A model generated the notes under the pieces. The model saw nothing but the letters and a program-made list of their open reading frames with translations, did not search any database and was not told where the DNA came from. Position numbers and translations under genes: made by a program. From positions 1 through 64,000 of the IMG/VR virus record IMGVR_UViG_3300025459_000003: a DNA stretch of 64,000 nt, one strand, 5' to 3'. Shown here in pieces: positions 36,163 to 44,573 of this stretch (the stretch's first letter is position 1; each line of letters starts with the position of its first letter). Source of the stretch: a virus.

Positions 36163-38178
36163 ATGCCAAGGGGAGAGCGATTCAGCAAGCGGGAGTCGGT
36201 GTTCGGGAAGGCGGTCGAGGGCATCATCGAGAGCGCCCCCAAGATCCTCAACGCCATAGACTTCATCGAGTCCCGGCAGGGGCTCAACGTCAAGCTCTTC
36301 CCCGTGCAGCGCCTCCTGACCAAGTGCGTCTTCGGCATCCCCATGGACTACAAGATGGGGATGGTGCCGTTCTACGACGTGTTCCGCGAGAAGCTCATCA
36401 GGACGGTCACGGAGGTCGAGGCCCTCCACATATTCTTCGAGGAGGGCCGCTGCAGCGTGGGCGACTGGAGGGACATCCCCGAGCGGGGGTACAACGAGGC
36501 GTGCATCATCGCCGGCCGGCGGGGAGGAAAATCTCAGTGGGTGTCGGCGACCGCGTCCTACAAGCTCTACTGCCTGCTCAACCACAAGAGCCCCCAGGAC
36601 TACTTCGGGCTGGTCCCCGGCTCCCCCATCGACTTCACCTTCCTGGCCCAGGACGACACGGGGGCGACAAGGCTGTACGACAAGCTGCGCGAGGACGTGA
36701 ACCGCACGCCGTTCTTCAGCCCCTACCTGAAGGCCAGCAGCGGGACCTGGCTGGGCTTCGTCACGGAGTCCGACAGGGGCAAGAGGGACGTGACCCCCAC
36801 GATCAACTGCGAGTCCCTGCCCTGCACCACCAACAGCGTCCGCAGCCCGTCGTCCGTCTTCCTGGCGCTCGACGAGTTCGCCCACTTCCGGTCGGAGAAG
36901 GGCTCGTCCTCGGACGAGGTGTACGCCGCCGCCACGCCCAGCACCCTGAACTTCCACCACGCCGAGCTGCCCAACGGCGAGTGGATAAGCGGCGACCAGA
37001 TGAGGGCGCTGCAGCCGGAGGAATACAGGGAATACCAGGACTCCATGGTCGTCTCCATCTCGACGCCCTGGACGAAGGTCGGCAAGATGTACGACCTCCA
37101 CAAGCTGGCCATGACCAAGGGGAACGCCAGCGGCATCTTCACCCTCAGGGTCAGCACGGCGGAGATGAACCCCTTCGTCCTCCCCAAGGTCCTGCACGGG
37201 GAGTACGAGAAGAACCCCATGACGTTCAAGGCGGAGTACGGGGGGCAGTTCCTCGACTCCTCCGAGAGCTACGTCACGGAGGCGCAGATACGGGCGTGCA
37301 CGGACGTGCAGTACACCGAGGGGGAGATGCCGGTGCCGAGGCCCGAGACCGCCAGGCTCAACCTGACGAGGTTCGTCCCGTCGTGCGTCGGGCGCAACTA
37401 CTTCTGGGGGGTCGACCTCGGCATGATGAAGAACGCCACGGGCGTCGCCATCGGGCACCTGGAGCACCGGGGCGGCAAGAACCCGATAGAGCTGGTCTAC
37501 GACTACATCGACCGCATGATGGTGGGGGAGAGGTTCGACGGGCCGGGCGTCGAGGAGATTCCGGGGGTCGTGAAGTACGTGGGGTACCGGGCGCTCCCCC
37601 TGGAGGACGTCGTGATGTGGCTGCGGGCGCTCAACAGGGTGATGCCGTGCTTCCGCGGGGCGACCGACCAGCACGGCGGCCAGGCGCTCGTCCAGCTCCT
37701 GGAGATCAACCAGATATACAACATCGAGCTGCTCAACCTCACCACCGTCATCAATTCCCAGATGGCGTTCGCCCTCAAGGGCTACATGGACAACCGGAGG
37801 TGCAGGTTCCCGTACGTCCCCAAGTTCATGGACGAGATCCGCCTTGTGGAGGCGGAGTTCGTCGGGAAGTACCAGATCAGGGTGCAGGCCCCGGCCGAGA
37901 AGGGGGCCACGGACGACATGACGGACGCCGTGCAGGAGGTGGCGTACGTCGCCCAGAAGTGGCTCGTGGAGGAGGGGGGGCTCGCCCAGGACCCCGCCGG
38001 GGCCAGCCTCGCCCTCCAGGAGCAGATGTCCAAGCCCGCCGCCCCCCTCCTCTCGCTCGACAGCCTCGCCATGACGGAGATCAAGACGCTGGAGAGGCTG
38101 CACAGGCTGCAGCGGGGGCTGATGATGACCCCCGGCACGGTGGTGGTGAGGGACCCGTTCCGCCGCCGCAGGCGGTGA
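36163..38178 (+). CDS. terL: Terminase large subunit
   Basis: Walker A GRRGGKS, Walker B FLALDEFAH, motif III ISTP, RNase H-like GVDLG and DDMTD. Confidence 0.9.
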   Translation: MPRGERFSKRESVFGKAVEGIIESAPKILNAIDFIESRQGLNVKLFPVQRLLTKCVFGIPMDYKMGMVPFYDVFREKLIRTVTEVEALHIFFEEGRCSVGDWRDIPERGYNEACIIAGRRGGKSQWVSATASYKLYCLLNHKSPQDYFGLVPGSPIDFTFLAQDDTGATRLYDKLREDVNRTPFFSPYLKASSGTWLGFVTESDRGKRDVTPTINCESLPCTTNSVRSPSSVFLALDEFAHFRSEKGSSSDEVYAAATPSTLNFHHAELPNGEWISGDQMRALQPEEYREYQDSMVVSISTPWTKVGKMYDLHKLAMTKGNASGIFTLRVSTAEMNPFVLPKVLHGEYEKNPMTFKAEYGGQFLDSSESYVTEAQIRACTDVQYTEGEMPVPRPETARLNLTRFVPSCVGRNYFWGVDLGMMKNATGVAIGHLEHRGGKNPIELVYDYIDRMMVGERFDGPGVEEIPGVVKYVGYRALPLEDVVMWLRALNRVMPCFRGATDQHGGQALVQLLEINQIYNIELLNLTTVINSQMAFALKGYMDNRRCRFPYVPKFMDEIRLVEAEFVGKYQIRVQAPAEKGATDDMTDAVQEVAYVAQKWLVEEGGLAQDPAGASLALQEQMSKPAAPLLSLDSLAMTEIKTLERLHRLQRGLMMTPGTVVVRDPFRRRRR

Positions 38179-38229
38179 GGGGCAATTTCAGGCTATGAGT
38201 TCCATATATGAGTGCAACTTTCCTTGGAA

Positions 38230-38727
38230 GGATTGAACATGATGCTGCCCCTTGCGTTCGCGGACATGCCGGGACCCTTCGAGTTCCTGCTAAAGTGGCT
38301 TCCTACCATAGGATGGCCAGCAGTCATCATAGTTGTCTGGTACCTCAGGGGATTCATCTCCAAGGCCGAGAAGCGGGCGACGGACGCCGAGGCCGCCGTC
38401 ATCCAGGCGGGCAAGGACTACGTTGCCATGGCACGGGCCATCCAGGATTTGTCGAAGAGTGCCAAGGAAGCTGCGGAGAAGGTGGAGTTGCTCAAGCAAA
38501 GCATCGAAAGGCACATCCAGGTGGGGCTCGACATTGCGGCGAATCAAGCGAAGATAGCGAGCCTCCTCAATCGTCTGGAAGAGGTGAGCACCACGCAGTT
38601 CAACATCCTGAAGGACATCGCCGAGAAGAGCGCCGTCGTCGCCACGCAGCAGAACCTCATCACGAACGGGTTTCAGCGAATGGTGGAGCGCCTGATAGAC
38701 ACCATAAAGGACGACGGGAAAGGGTAG
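38230..38727 (+). CDS. Membrane-anchored coiled-coil protein (holin-like?)
   Basis: N-terminal TM IGWPAVIIVVWYL followed by a coiled coil. Confidence 0.5.
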   Translation, partial: GLNMMLPLAFADMPGPFEFLLKWLPTIGWPAVIIVVWYLRGFISKAEKRATDAEAAVIQAGKDYVAMARAIQDLSKSAKEAAEKVELLKQSIERHIQVGLDIAANQAKIASLLNRLEEVSTTQFNILKDIAEKSAVVATQQNLITNGFQRMVERLIDTIKDDGKG

Positions 38728-38736
38728 GGCGAGACG

Positions 38737-38975
38737 TGAAGGAAACGAGTTCGATGGTAGAAAATGATCCCGATGTAAAGGCATCGGCAAGCACAGACAA
38801 TGGGGCATGCATCGACAAGGCTTGTGACGAGGCCCTGGTGGTCCTGGAGGACTTGTGCTCCAAGGTTCCCCCCAAGCTGCTCAAGAGCAAGGTGAAGAGG
38901 GGGATAGCAAAGGGCCTGACGAGCATGGTCGAATACCGGAAGGAACAGGGGATTCCATTGCTTTCCCCTCCATAG
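38737..38975 (+). CDS. Small hypothetical protein
   Basis: Open frame ending IPLLSPP; start uncertain (38737 GTG or 38754 ATG region). Confidence 0.4.
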
Positions 38976-38988
38976 GATAGAGGGCAAC

Positions 38989-39432
38989 ATGCAGACTTCA
39001 AACAACGTGATCTTCGACTCGAAGGCGGAATTCTCCGGGAAGTGGCGGGACATCAACAATTTCGCGGCATTGTCCGTCCACATCGTCGGGCTGGAGGCCG
39101 CCTCCGACACCTGGATCGAGGTCTCGAACAACCCCAACGTCCTGCTCAACCAGCCCAGCGACTACGTGTCGGGATACAGCACCCCCATCCTGGTCCCCAA
39201 CGCACCCTCGGGCATCTCGGGGGTGCCGATCACGGGAAACCTGGCCGTCCATGCAAGCTACTCCCCGCCGGTGTCGGGAGACGTCGAGGAAGAGGCGGAC
39301 GTGGCGTTCAGCGCCGATGGGACGCAGGCCGTGTGGAGCCCTTCCTGCCTCGTCTGGAACTACATACGGGTGGTCAAGACGGGAGGGGGGAGCACCGAGA
39401 CCGTTGCCTATTTGTTCGGACAGATTACTTAG
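38989..39432 (+). CDS. Hypothetical virion protein
   Basis: 147 aa beta-rich; late-type promoter at 38959-38980. Confidence 0.6.
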   Translation: MQTSNNVIFDSKAEFSGKWRDINNFAALSVHIVGLEAASDTWIEVSNNPNVLLNQPSDYVSGYSTPILVPNAPSGISGVPITGNLAVHASYSPPVSGDVEEEADVAFSADGTQAVWSPSCLVWNYIRVVKTGGGSTETVAYLFGQIT

Positions 39433-39479
39433 GCGGCGCAACGACCCGGTCAATCCCAAGTCGAAAGGCAAAAGAACCC

Positions 39480-39995
39480 ATGACCAACGGAAACAACGGA
39501 AGGACGCACGAGCCCGGCCTGCGGGAGGTCACGTCCCAGCTCGACGACCTCCAGGAGCTGATGATGGCGAAGATCGAGGCCGTCGAGAAGGAAATCACGG
39601 GCAACGACAGGCGCTACGAGGAAAGGTTCGAGGCGATGGACGCCAAGACGGGGCTCGCCCTGGCCTCGTCGAAGGATGCCGTCGTCAAGGCGGAGGTCGC
39701 CACGGAGAAGCGCTTCGACTCGGTGAACGAATTCAGGGAAACCCTCCGGGACCAAGCGACGACCCTCCTTCCCCGCGAGGAGGCCGCCGCCCGGTTCAAG
39801 TCGATGGAGGAGAAGGTGGACCAGATCAAGAAGGACGTCGAGGGCTTGCGGGAGTCCCGTTCCGCCGCCAGCGCCTCCGACCTCACCAAGGAGAAGGGGT
39901 CATCGACGAACCTGACGGTGCTGATGATGGTGATCGTAGGCCTTTTCGGCGTCGCCTCGCTGGTGGTAAGCATCATCGCGTTGTTCAGGCGTTGA
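39480..39995 (+). CDS. Coiled-coil protein with C-terminal TM helix
   Basis: ATEKRFDSVNEFRETLRD...; TM TVLMMVIVGLFGVASLVVSIIALF. Confidence 0.6.
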   Translation: MTNGNNGRTHEPGLREVTSQLDDLQELMMAKIEAVEKEITGNDRRYEERFEAMDAKTGLALASSKDAVVKAEVATEKRFDSVNEFRETLRDQATTLLPREEAAARFKSMEEKVDQIKKDVEGLRESRSAASASDLTKEKGSSTNLTVLMMVIVGLFGVASLVVSIIALFRR

Positions 39996-40067
39996 GGGTA
40001 AGCGTCAAGGCGCATTTGTCTGGGTAAGTTGCCCGGAAAGACAACCCTCCCCGCAGCAAGGGGTAGA

Positions 40068-42041
40068 ATGGGAACCATCCGCATAATCGACCCCTCGTCC
40101 GGCTCCATCGTCACGCTCGACGGCATCGTCGTCACGTGGGTGAAGACGTACAATCCCACCGTCGCCTACAGCCTCGGCCATGCGGTGAGCTACGCCAACG
40201 GCTCCTGGATTTCCCTGAAAAATGGTAACGTGGGGAATGTTCCCGCGTCCGGCTCGTCCTGGTGGGGACTAATCGCCGAGGGAGCCCAGGGCCCGACCGG
40301 GCCGACTGGCTACACAGGACCTACGGGTTACACCGGCTATACCGGCCCGACCGGTCCAACAGGATATACCGGCCCTACCGGCTATACCGGCCCCATCGGT
40401 CCCACGGGGCCGACGGGTTACACGGGATATACCGGCTATACTGGTCCTGATGGACTCCCAGGCTCCGCCGGACCCACCGGGCCCACAGGCTTCACTGGGC
40501 CAACGGGCTTCGTCGGGTCGCAGGGCGACAAGGGCGGGCTTCGCTACTACTTCGACGCAGGCACCGGCCCTGCGGGCCTGAACAATGCAGGGGAATTGCG
40601 CCTGAACAACTCCTCCCCGGCCTTCGCGACGCACCTCTACATGTACCAGTGGGACGTCGTCCCGAACGACCAGATTTTCTACCTGTTGCAGTGGAACAAC
40701 GGGTATGTGGAGATCGAAGAAAATTCGAACCTGGTCCCCGGCTTCCTGAACTTCCTGGCCACGGGCGTAGTCTACCTCGGGGCTGGCGTCATCGACATAT
40801 CCGTGTCCTACCTGTCGGGCACCCTGCCGTCCCAAAACGACCAGCTTGTCGTGAACTTCAGCCCCCTCGGGCCCGTCGGCCCCACCGGGCCGGGAAACTT
40901 TACTGGCCCTACCGGATACACGGGCCCTTCCGACGGTCCCATAGGCCCCACGGGCTTCACCGGCCCGACGGGGCCGGGGGGCGGGGGATCCAGCAACTTC
41001 ATCGCCGTCTCCCAGCCCACCCACGGGTTCGCCACCGGGCAGGCCGTCTATTTCGACGGCGTCATCTGGCGGCTCGCCAAGGCCAACGATGCCGACACCT
41101 TGGCAATCGCCGTCGTCAGCTACGTCAGTGCGGACGCCTTCGACGCCTACCTGGAGGGGGAGATCGACGGCCTGTCCGACCTCGTGCCGGGGGAATACTA
41201 TTTCGTCAGCGACTCCTCGGCGGGGGCATTGACGATCACCGCCCCGACCGACCCGGCGAGCTTTGTCAACCCCATCCTGTTCGCCCTCTCGGCGACCACG
41301 GGGATAGTCCTTCCCTACCGCCCGACCGACAACGCCGTGGCACCGGCAGGGCCGACCGGCCCCACCGGCTATACCGGCCCGACCGGGCCGACAGGCGACA
41401 CGGGCCCGACAGGCTACACGGGCTACACGGGCCTCGGCGACACCGGCCCGACCGGGCCGGGCAGCTTCACCGGCCCGACTGGCTATACGGGCCCTTCCGA
41501 CGGTCCCATCGGGCCGACCGGCCCCACGGGGCCGGGGGGCGGGGGAGGAAGCCCCCTGACGTTCTTCGGGGACTACTCCCATACCTTCGGCTCCAACTCC
41601 TTCGGCGTGCAGCAGGACGTCATCAAGGTCAGCTACCCCATGTCCCTGCCCGCCCTGTCGGTCTCCAGGCTGGAGATCAACATAATCTCGGCGGACAGCA
41701 ACGCCTCCCACTACTACGACTTCGGCATCTACGACCTGGCCGGGAACCTGGTAGCGGACACGGGGCCCATCAACGTCCCGTCCACGGGGGCGATGGACAT
41801 CCCCCTCGTCCAGGGGACGGTGGCAATCGCTGCGGGACCGTACCTGTTCGCCATAACGGGCAATGCGGGGACGGTCTTCCTGGCGAGGACCAACATGAGC
41901 GGGGCGTATTCCCTGCTGTATTGGCAGACCGCGACGGCGTCCTCCGGGGGGCAGTTGCCCGCCACGATTTCCCTCTCGGCGTCGGCGTCGACCCTGGATG
42001 CATACGGGGACAGCTATTCGCCCATCTTCCTGCTCCATTAG
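40068..42041 (+). CDS. Collagen-like (Gly-X-Thr) tail fibre / appendage protein
   Basis: N-terminal CBM5/12-like aromatic module; three GPT/GYT collagen tracts separating three globular domains. Confidence 0.8.
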   Translation: MGTIRIIDPSSGSIVTLDGIVVTWVKTYNPTVAYSLGHAVSYANGSWISLKNGNVGNVPASGSSWWGLIAEGAQGPTGPTGYTGPTGYTGYTGPTGPTGYTGPTGYTGPIGPTGPTGYTGYTGYTGPDGLPGSAGPTGPTGFTGPTGFVGSQGDKGGLRYYFDAGTGPAGLNNAGELRLNNSSPAFATHLYMYQWDVVPNDQIFYLLQWNNGYVEIEENSNLVPGFLNFLATGVVYLGAGVIDISVSYLSGTLPSQNDQLVVNFSPLGPVGPTGPGNFTGPTGYTGPSDGPIGPTGFTGPTGPGGGGSSNFIAVSQPTHGFATGQAVYFDGVIWRLAKANDADTLAIAVVSYVSADAFDAYLEGEIDGLSDLVPGEYYFVSDSSAGALTITAPTDPASFVNPILFALSATTGIVLPYRPTDNAVAPAGPTGPTGYTGPTGPTGDTGPTGYTGYTGLGDTGPTGPGSFTGPTGYTGPSDGPIGPTGPTGPGGGGGSPLTFFGDYSHTFGSNSFGVQQDVIKVSYPMSLPALSVSRLEINIISADSNASHYYDFGIYDLAGNLVADTGPINVPSTGAMDIPLVQGTVAIAAGPYLFAITGNAGTVFLARTNMSGAYSLLYWQTATASSGGQLPATISLSASASTLDAYGDSYSPIFLLH

Positions 42042-42050
42042 TGAGGCAAC

Positions 42051-42857
42051 ATGGCGCTTTCTGCGGCAAGCAAAATCCAGGGCCCCCTCGGCCCGACCGG
42101 CCCGACCGGCTATACCGGCTATACTGGCTATACGGGCCCCTCAGATGGCCCCATAGGCCCGACCGGCCCCACGGGGCCGGGGGGCGGGGGCTCGTCCTGG
42201 CCCTACGTCAACCTCGTCCCAGTCCCCCCCGACCTGGCCGGATGGGGGTGGGTAAACCTGCCCGGCGCGTCGGAAAACCTGACCAACGGCGTCCTGACGC
42301 TCTCCACGACCTCCACGGGGGGCTACCAGATGCACTGGTTCGGGCAAGCGCTTCCGGCCCCGCCCTGGACGGTGATCTGCGCCTACGCCCCTCCGGGCCC
42401 GTTCTATTCCATGTCCACGGACGTCTACTCCGCCCAGAGCGGGAACTGGTACGACGGGCTGTGCCTGTGGAACAGCGACACGTCGTTCCTCTACCTGAGC
42501 CACTGGCTCGGCGGCCAGATGGGGATGACCATCGAGTCGTACAACGAAACCCCGGGCCTGTCCCCCCCGTACAGCGACCCCGGCTTCGTGGTCGGCGGGC
42601 ATGACGTGACGAGCGGCTTCCCGCCGTTGATCTGGTACAAGGCCCACTTCGACGACGTCACCTACGACATCTACACGTCCCTTGAGCCCGCGAGCACGGG
42701 ATGGCTGAGGATTTGGTCGGCGACGCACCACACCTTCCTCGGGGACGGCACCCCCAAGTACAACCATGCGGGATGGGCCATCAACACGGGCAACATGGAG
42801 GCGGGCCACGACTTCACGGGCGGGGCGGTCCTGTCGTGGAGCGTCACGGATTCCTAG
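42051..42857 (+). CDS. Second collagen-like fibre protein
   Basis: GPTGYT tract and the same [17 protein letters not shown] linker, then a beta-rich domain. Confidence 0.75.
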   Translation: MALSAASKIQGPLGPTGPTGYTGYTGYTGPSDGPIGPTGPTGPGGGGSSWPYVNLVPVPPDLAGWGWVNLPGASENLTNGVLTLSTTSTGGYQMHWFGQALPAPPWTVICAYAPPGPFYSMSTDVYSAQSGNWYDGLCLWNSDTSFLYLSHWLGGQMGMTIESYNETPGLSPPYSDPGFVVGGHDVTSGFPPLIWYKAHFDDVTYDIYTSLEPASTGWLRIWSATHHTFLGDGTPKYNHAGWAINTGNMEAGHDFTGGAVLSWSVTDS

Positions 42858-42900
42858 CAGGCTTCGGCAGCTTCCCGGACTACCAATACCTTGGACAGAA

Positions 42901-43040
42901 GAAGGTCCCGGCCGACTTGACACAAGGAAGCTCTTGCTTCCTTTTTAGCCGCGGGACCAGGGGAGACCCGCGATAGGGTTCCCCGCACGCGGCAACAATG
43001 CGGCGGCGGCCAGGCCGGGACTTGGTCGCCGCCGACCTTC
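42901..43040 (+). ncRNA. Candidate structured non-coding RNA (unknown family)
   Basis: Closing stem, three hairpins and loop complementarity; starts right after a late-type promoter motif (42878-42899). Could instead be terminator hairpins between convergent genes. Confidence 0.4.
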
Positions 43041-43050
43041 CTTGCCTTCC

Positions 43051-43761
43051 TTAGACGTCTCTCTTTGCTTGCCGATAAAGCACGCCGCCGAGCCCGAGCA
43101 GGCCCGACCCAAGGAGCAGCAGGCTGCCCGGTTCAGGCGTGGCTCCCTGATTGCCGAGGACCACGAATGCATCGGAACAGGTGCCGCCACCGGGGAAGAA
43201 GGATGGGCAGACATCGGGCGTGACGTAGCCGATCGCGCTCGACCACGCCGCCGAGGGGCCGTTGTTCATGTCCCAGAGCGCGGGGTCGCCGGGAACGCTA
43301 GTGGTTGCGTCGTAGAGCGTCAGCCAGTATGTTCCGGCATCCAGGTCGACCGGGCCCGTGCTGAAATCGTTGACATAGATGTCGAAACCGATATAGTTGG
43401 TGAACTCAAAGTAGTCGGTCGTGGCGGAAAAACCGCTGGCTTTGTTGGCGTTGCCGGGGCTGGTGCCGATGCCCCACCCAATCGAGGTCATGGAGTCGCC
43501 GAGGTACGCCCAAGAAGCAATCTCGATATCCAGCACGGTTCCCGGGAAGGCCAAGGAAAACGAGTTCGAAACCGCATAGTCACGGTTGATGACCCCAACG
43601 TTGTGGGTGCCGTAGTAAAAAGAGTTGCCGCAGTACAGGCACACCTCGGGAGGCGAGGCGTGACCGGGCAGCGGTTTCGCACCAATCGAAGAGGCACTGA
43701 CTACGCTCGCCAAGGCCAAACACAGCACGATGAGCAGCGCGAAAATCCTTGCATTTCTTAT
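43051..43761 (-). CDS. PEP-CTERM (exosortase-sorted) surface protein
   Basis: Signal peptide; C-terminal TPEPGSLLLLGSGLLGLGGVLYRQAKR; RBS GAGGAG precedes ATA at 43761 (first standard start is GTG at 43728). Confidence 0.8.
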   Translation of the reverse strand: MRNARIFALLIVLCLALASVVSASSIGAKPLPGHASPPEVCLYCGNSFYYGTHNVGVINRDYAVSNSFSLAFPGTVLDIEIASWAYLGDSMTSIGWGIGTSPGNANKASGFSATTDYFEFTNYIGFDIYVNDFSTGPVDLDAGTYWLTLYDATTSVPGDPALWDMNNGPSAAWSSAIGYVTPDVCPSFFPGGGTCSDAFVVLGNQGATPEPGSLLLLGSGLLGLGGVLYRQAKRDV

Positions 43762-43821
43762 GAGCAGTCTCCTCGCTTAAATTAGACGTAGCTTCCCGAC
43801 AGCCCTATAATACACCATTTC

Positions 43822-44469
43822 CTACTTTCCTTGCATGTTTCTTTTTGTCAGCCCATAGAGCACTGCTCCTATGCCGAACAGGCCCGACCCCAGGAGCATC
43901 AAGGTAGAAGGCTCGGGCACCGGGGCAGGGGGATCGGCAAGGAACTCCTGGCTGGAGCCCAGGTCGACGGGCGTCAGGACGACGAAACCGGGAAACTCGC
44001 CTGACCAATATGGCATTTGCGGCTCTTTCGCCGCTATCAGCCACGCCGCTGCATTAGCATCCAATCCTCCCTGCAATTTGGGGTCGGTATCGGCCCAGAT
44101 CGCATAGGTTATGTCGTTGGACTGGGACGGATTTAGGTTGAGCTGTTCGACCAGCCATGCCAGCTCGCTGTAGAGGTCGAACGTCGCATGGGGGGAGCCC
44201 CACTGAAATTCCGCGTCAACGAGGCCGTCCACGGTGATTGGCGAGACGTAGGCGTCCCATCCAGGGGAAACCTCGTCCAGGAAGTCGTCGCAATAGATGT
44301 CGATCTGCGGGCCTCCGTTGATGGTGCCGTAGTAGGGATCGGTGTAGTACCCTCCCTGGTTGGCCCCGTTTGGGCCGATGAAGCCCACCCGGACCGTGTC
44401 TGCGGCGGCGGACAGGGAGAATAGGATCGTCACGACGAACAGCAGTAGGGCATAGGAATGTCTTTTCAT
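43822..44469 (-). CDS. PEP-CTERM surface protein
   Basis: Signal MKRHSYALLLFVVTILFSLSAAA; C-terminal VPEPSTLMLLGSGLFGIGAVLYGLTKR; AAGGAG RBS. Confidence 0.85.
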   Translation of the reverse strand: MKRHSYALLLFVVTILFSLSAAADTVRVGFIGPNGANQGGYYTDPYYGTINGGPQIDIYCDDFLDEVSPGWDAYVSPITVDGLVDAEFQWGSPHATFDLYSELAWLVEQLNLNPSQSNDITYAIWADTDPKLQGGLDANAAAWLIAAKEPQMPYWSGEFPGFVVLTPVDLGSSQEFLADPPAPVPEPSTLMLLGSGLFGIGAVLYGLTKRNMQGK

Positions 44470-44573
44470 GTCACTCTCCTTTGGGATTTCGGCGACAACA
44501 GTCCCATAATACACGTTTTTTGGATTTTTTGATGGAAAAAGGGATTTTCCCGGAGGGGAGTCGCCCCCGAGCG

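Noticed and set aside
40068-42857. Diversity-generating retroelement targeting the fibres
   Set aside because: No reverse transcriptase and no template/variable repeat pair differing at adenines was seen.
42917-42945. Sigma-70 promoter at TTGACA 42917-22
   Set aside because: No credible -10 element at 16-18 nt spacing.
44505-44546. Seventh copy of the AATCCC early promoter
   Set aside because: AATCCC to TATTAT spacing is 29 nt rather than 23; left as a generic AT-rich promoter region.
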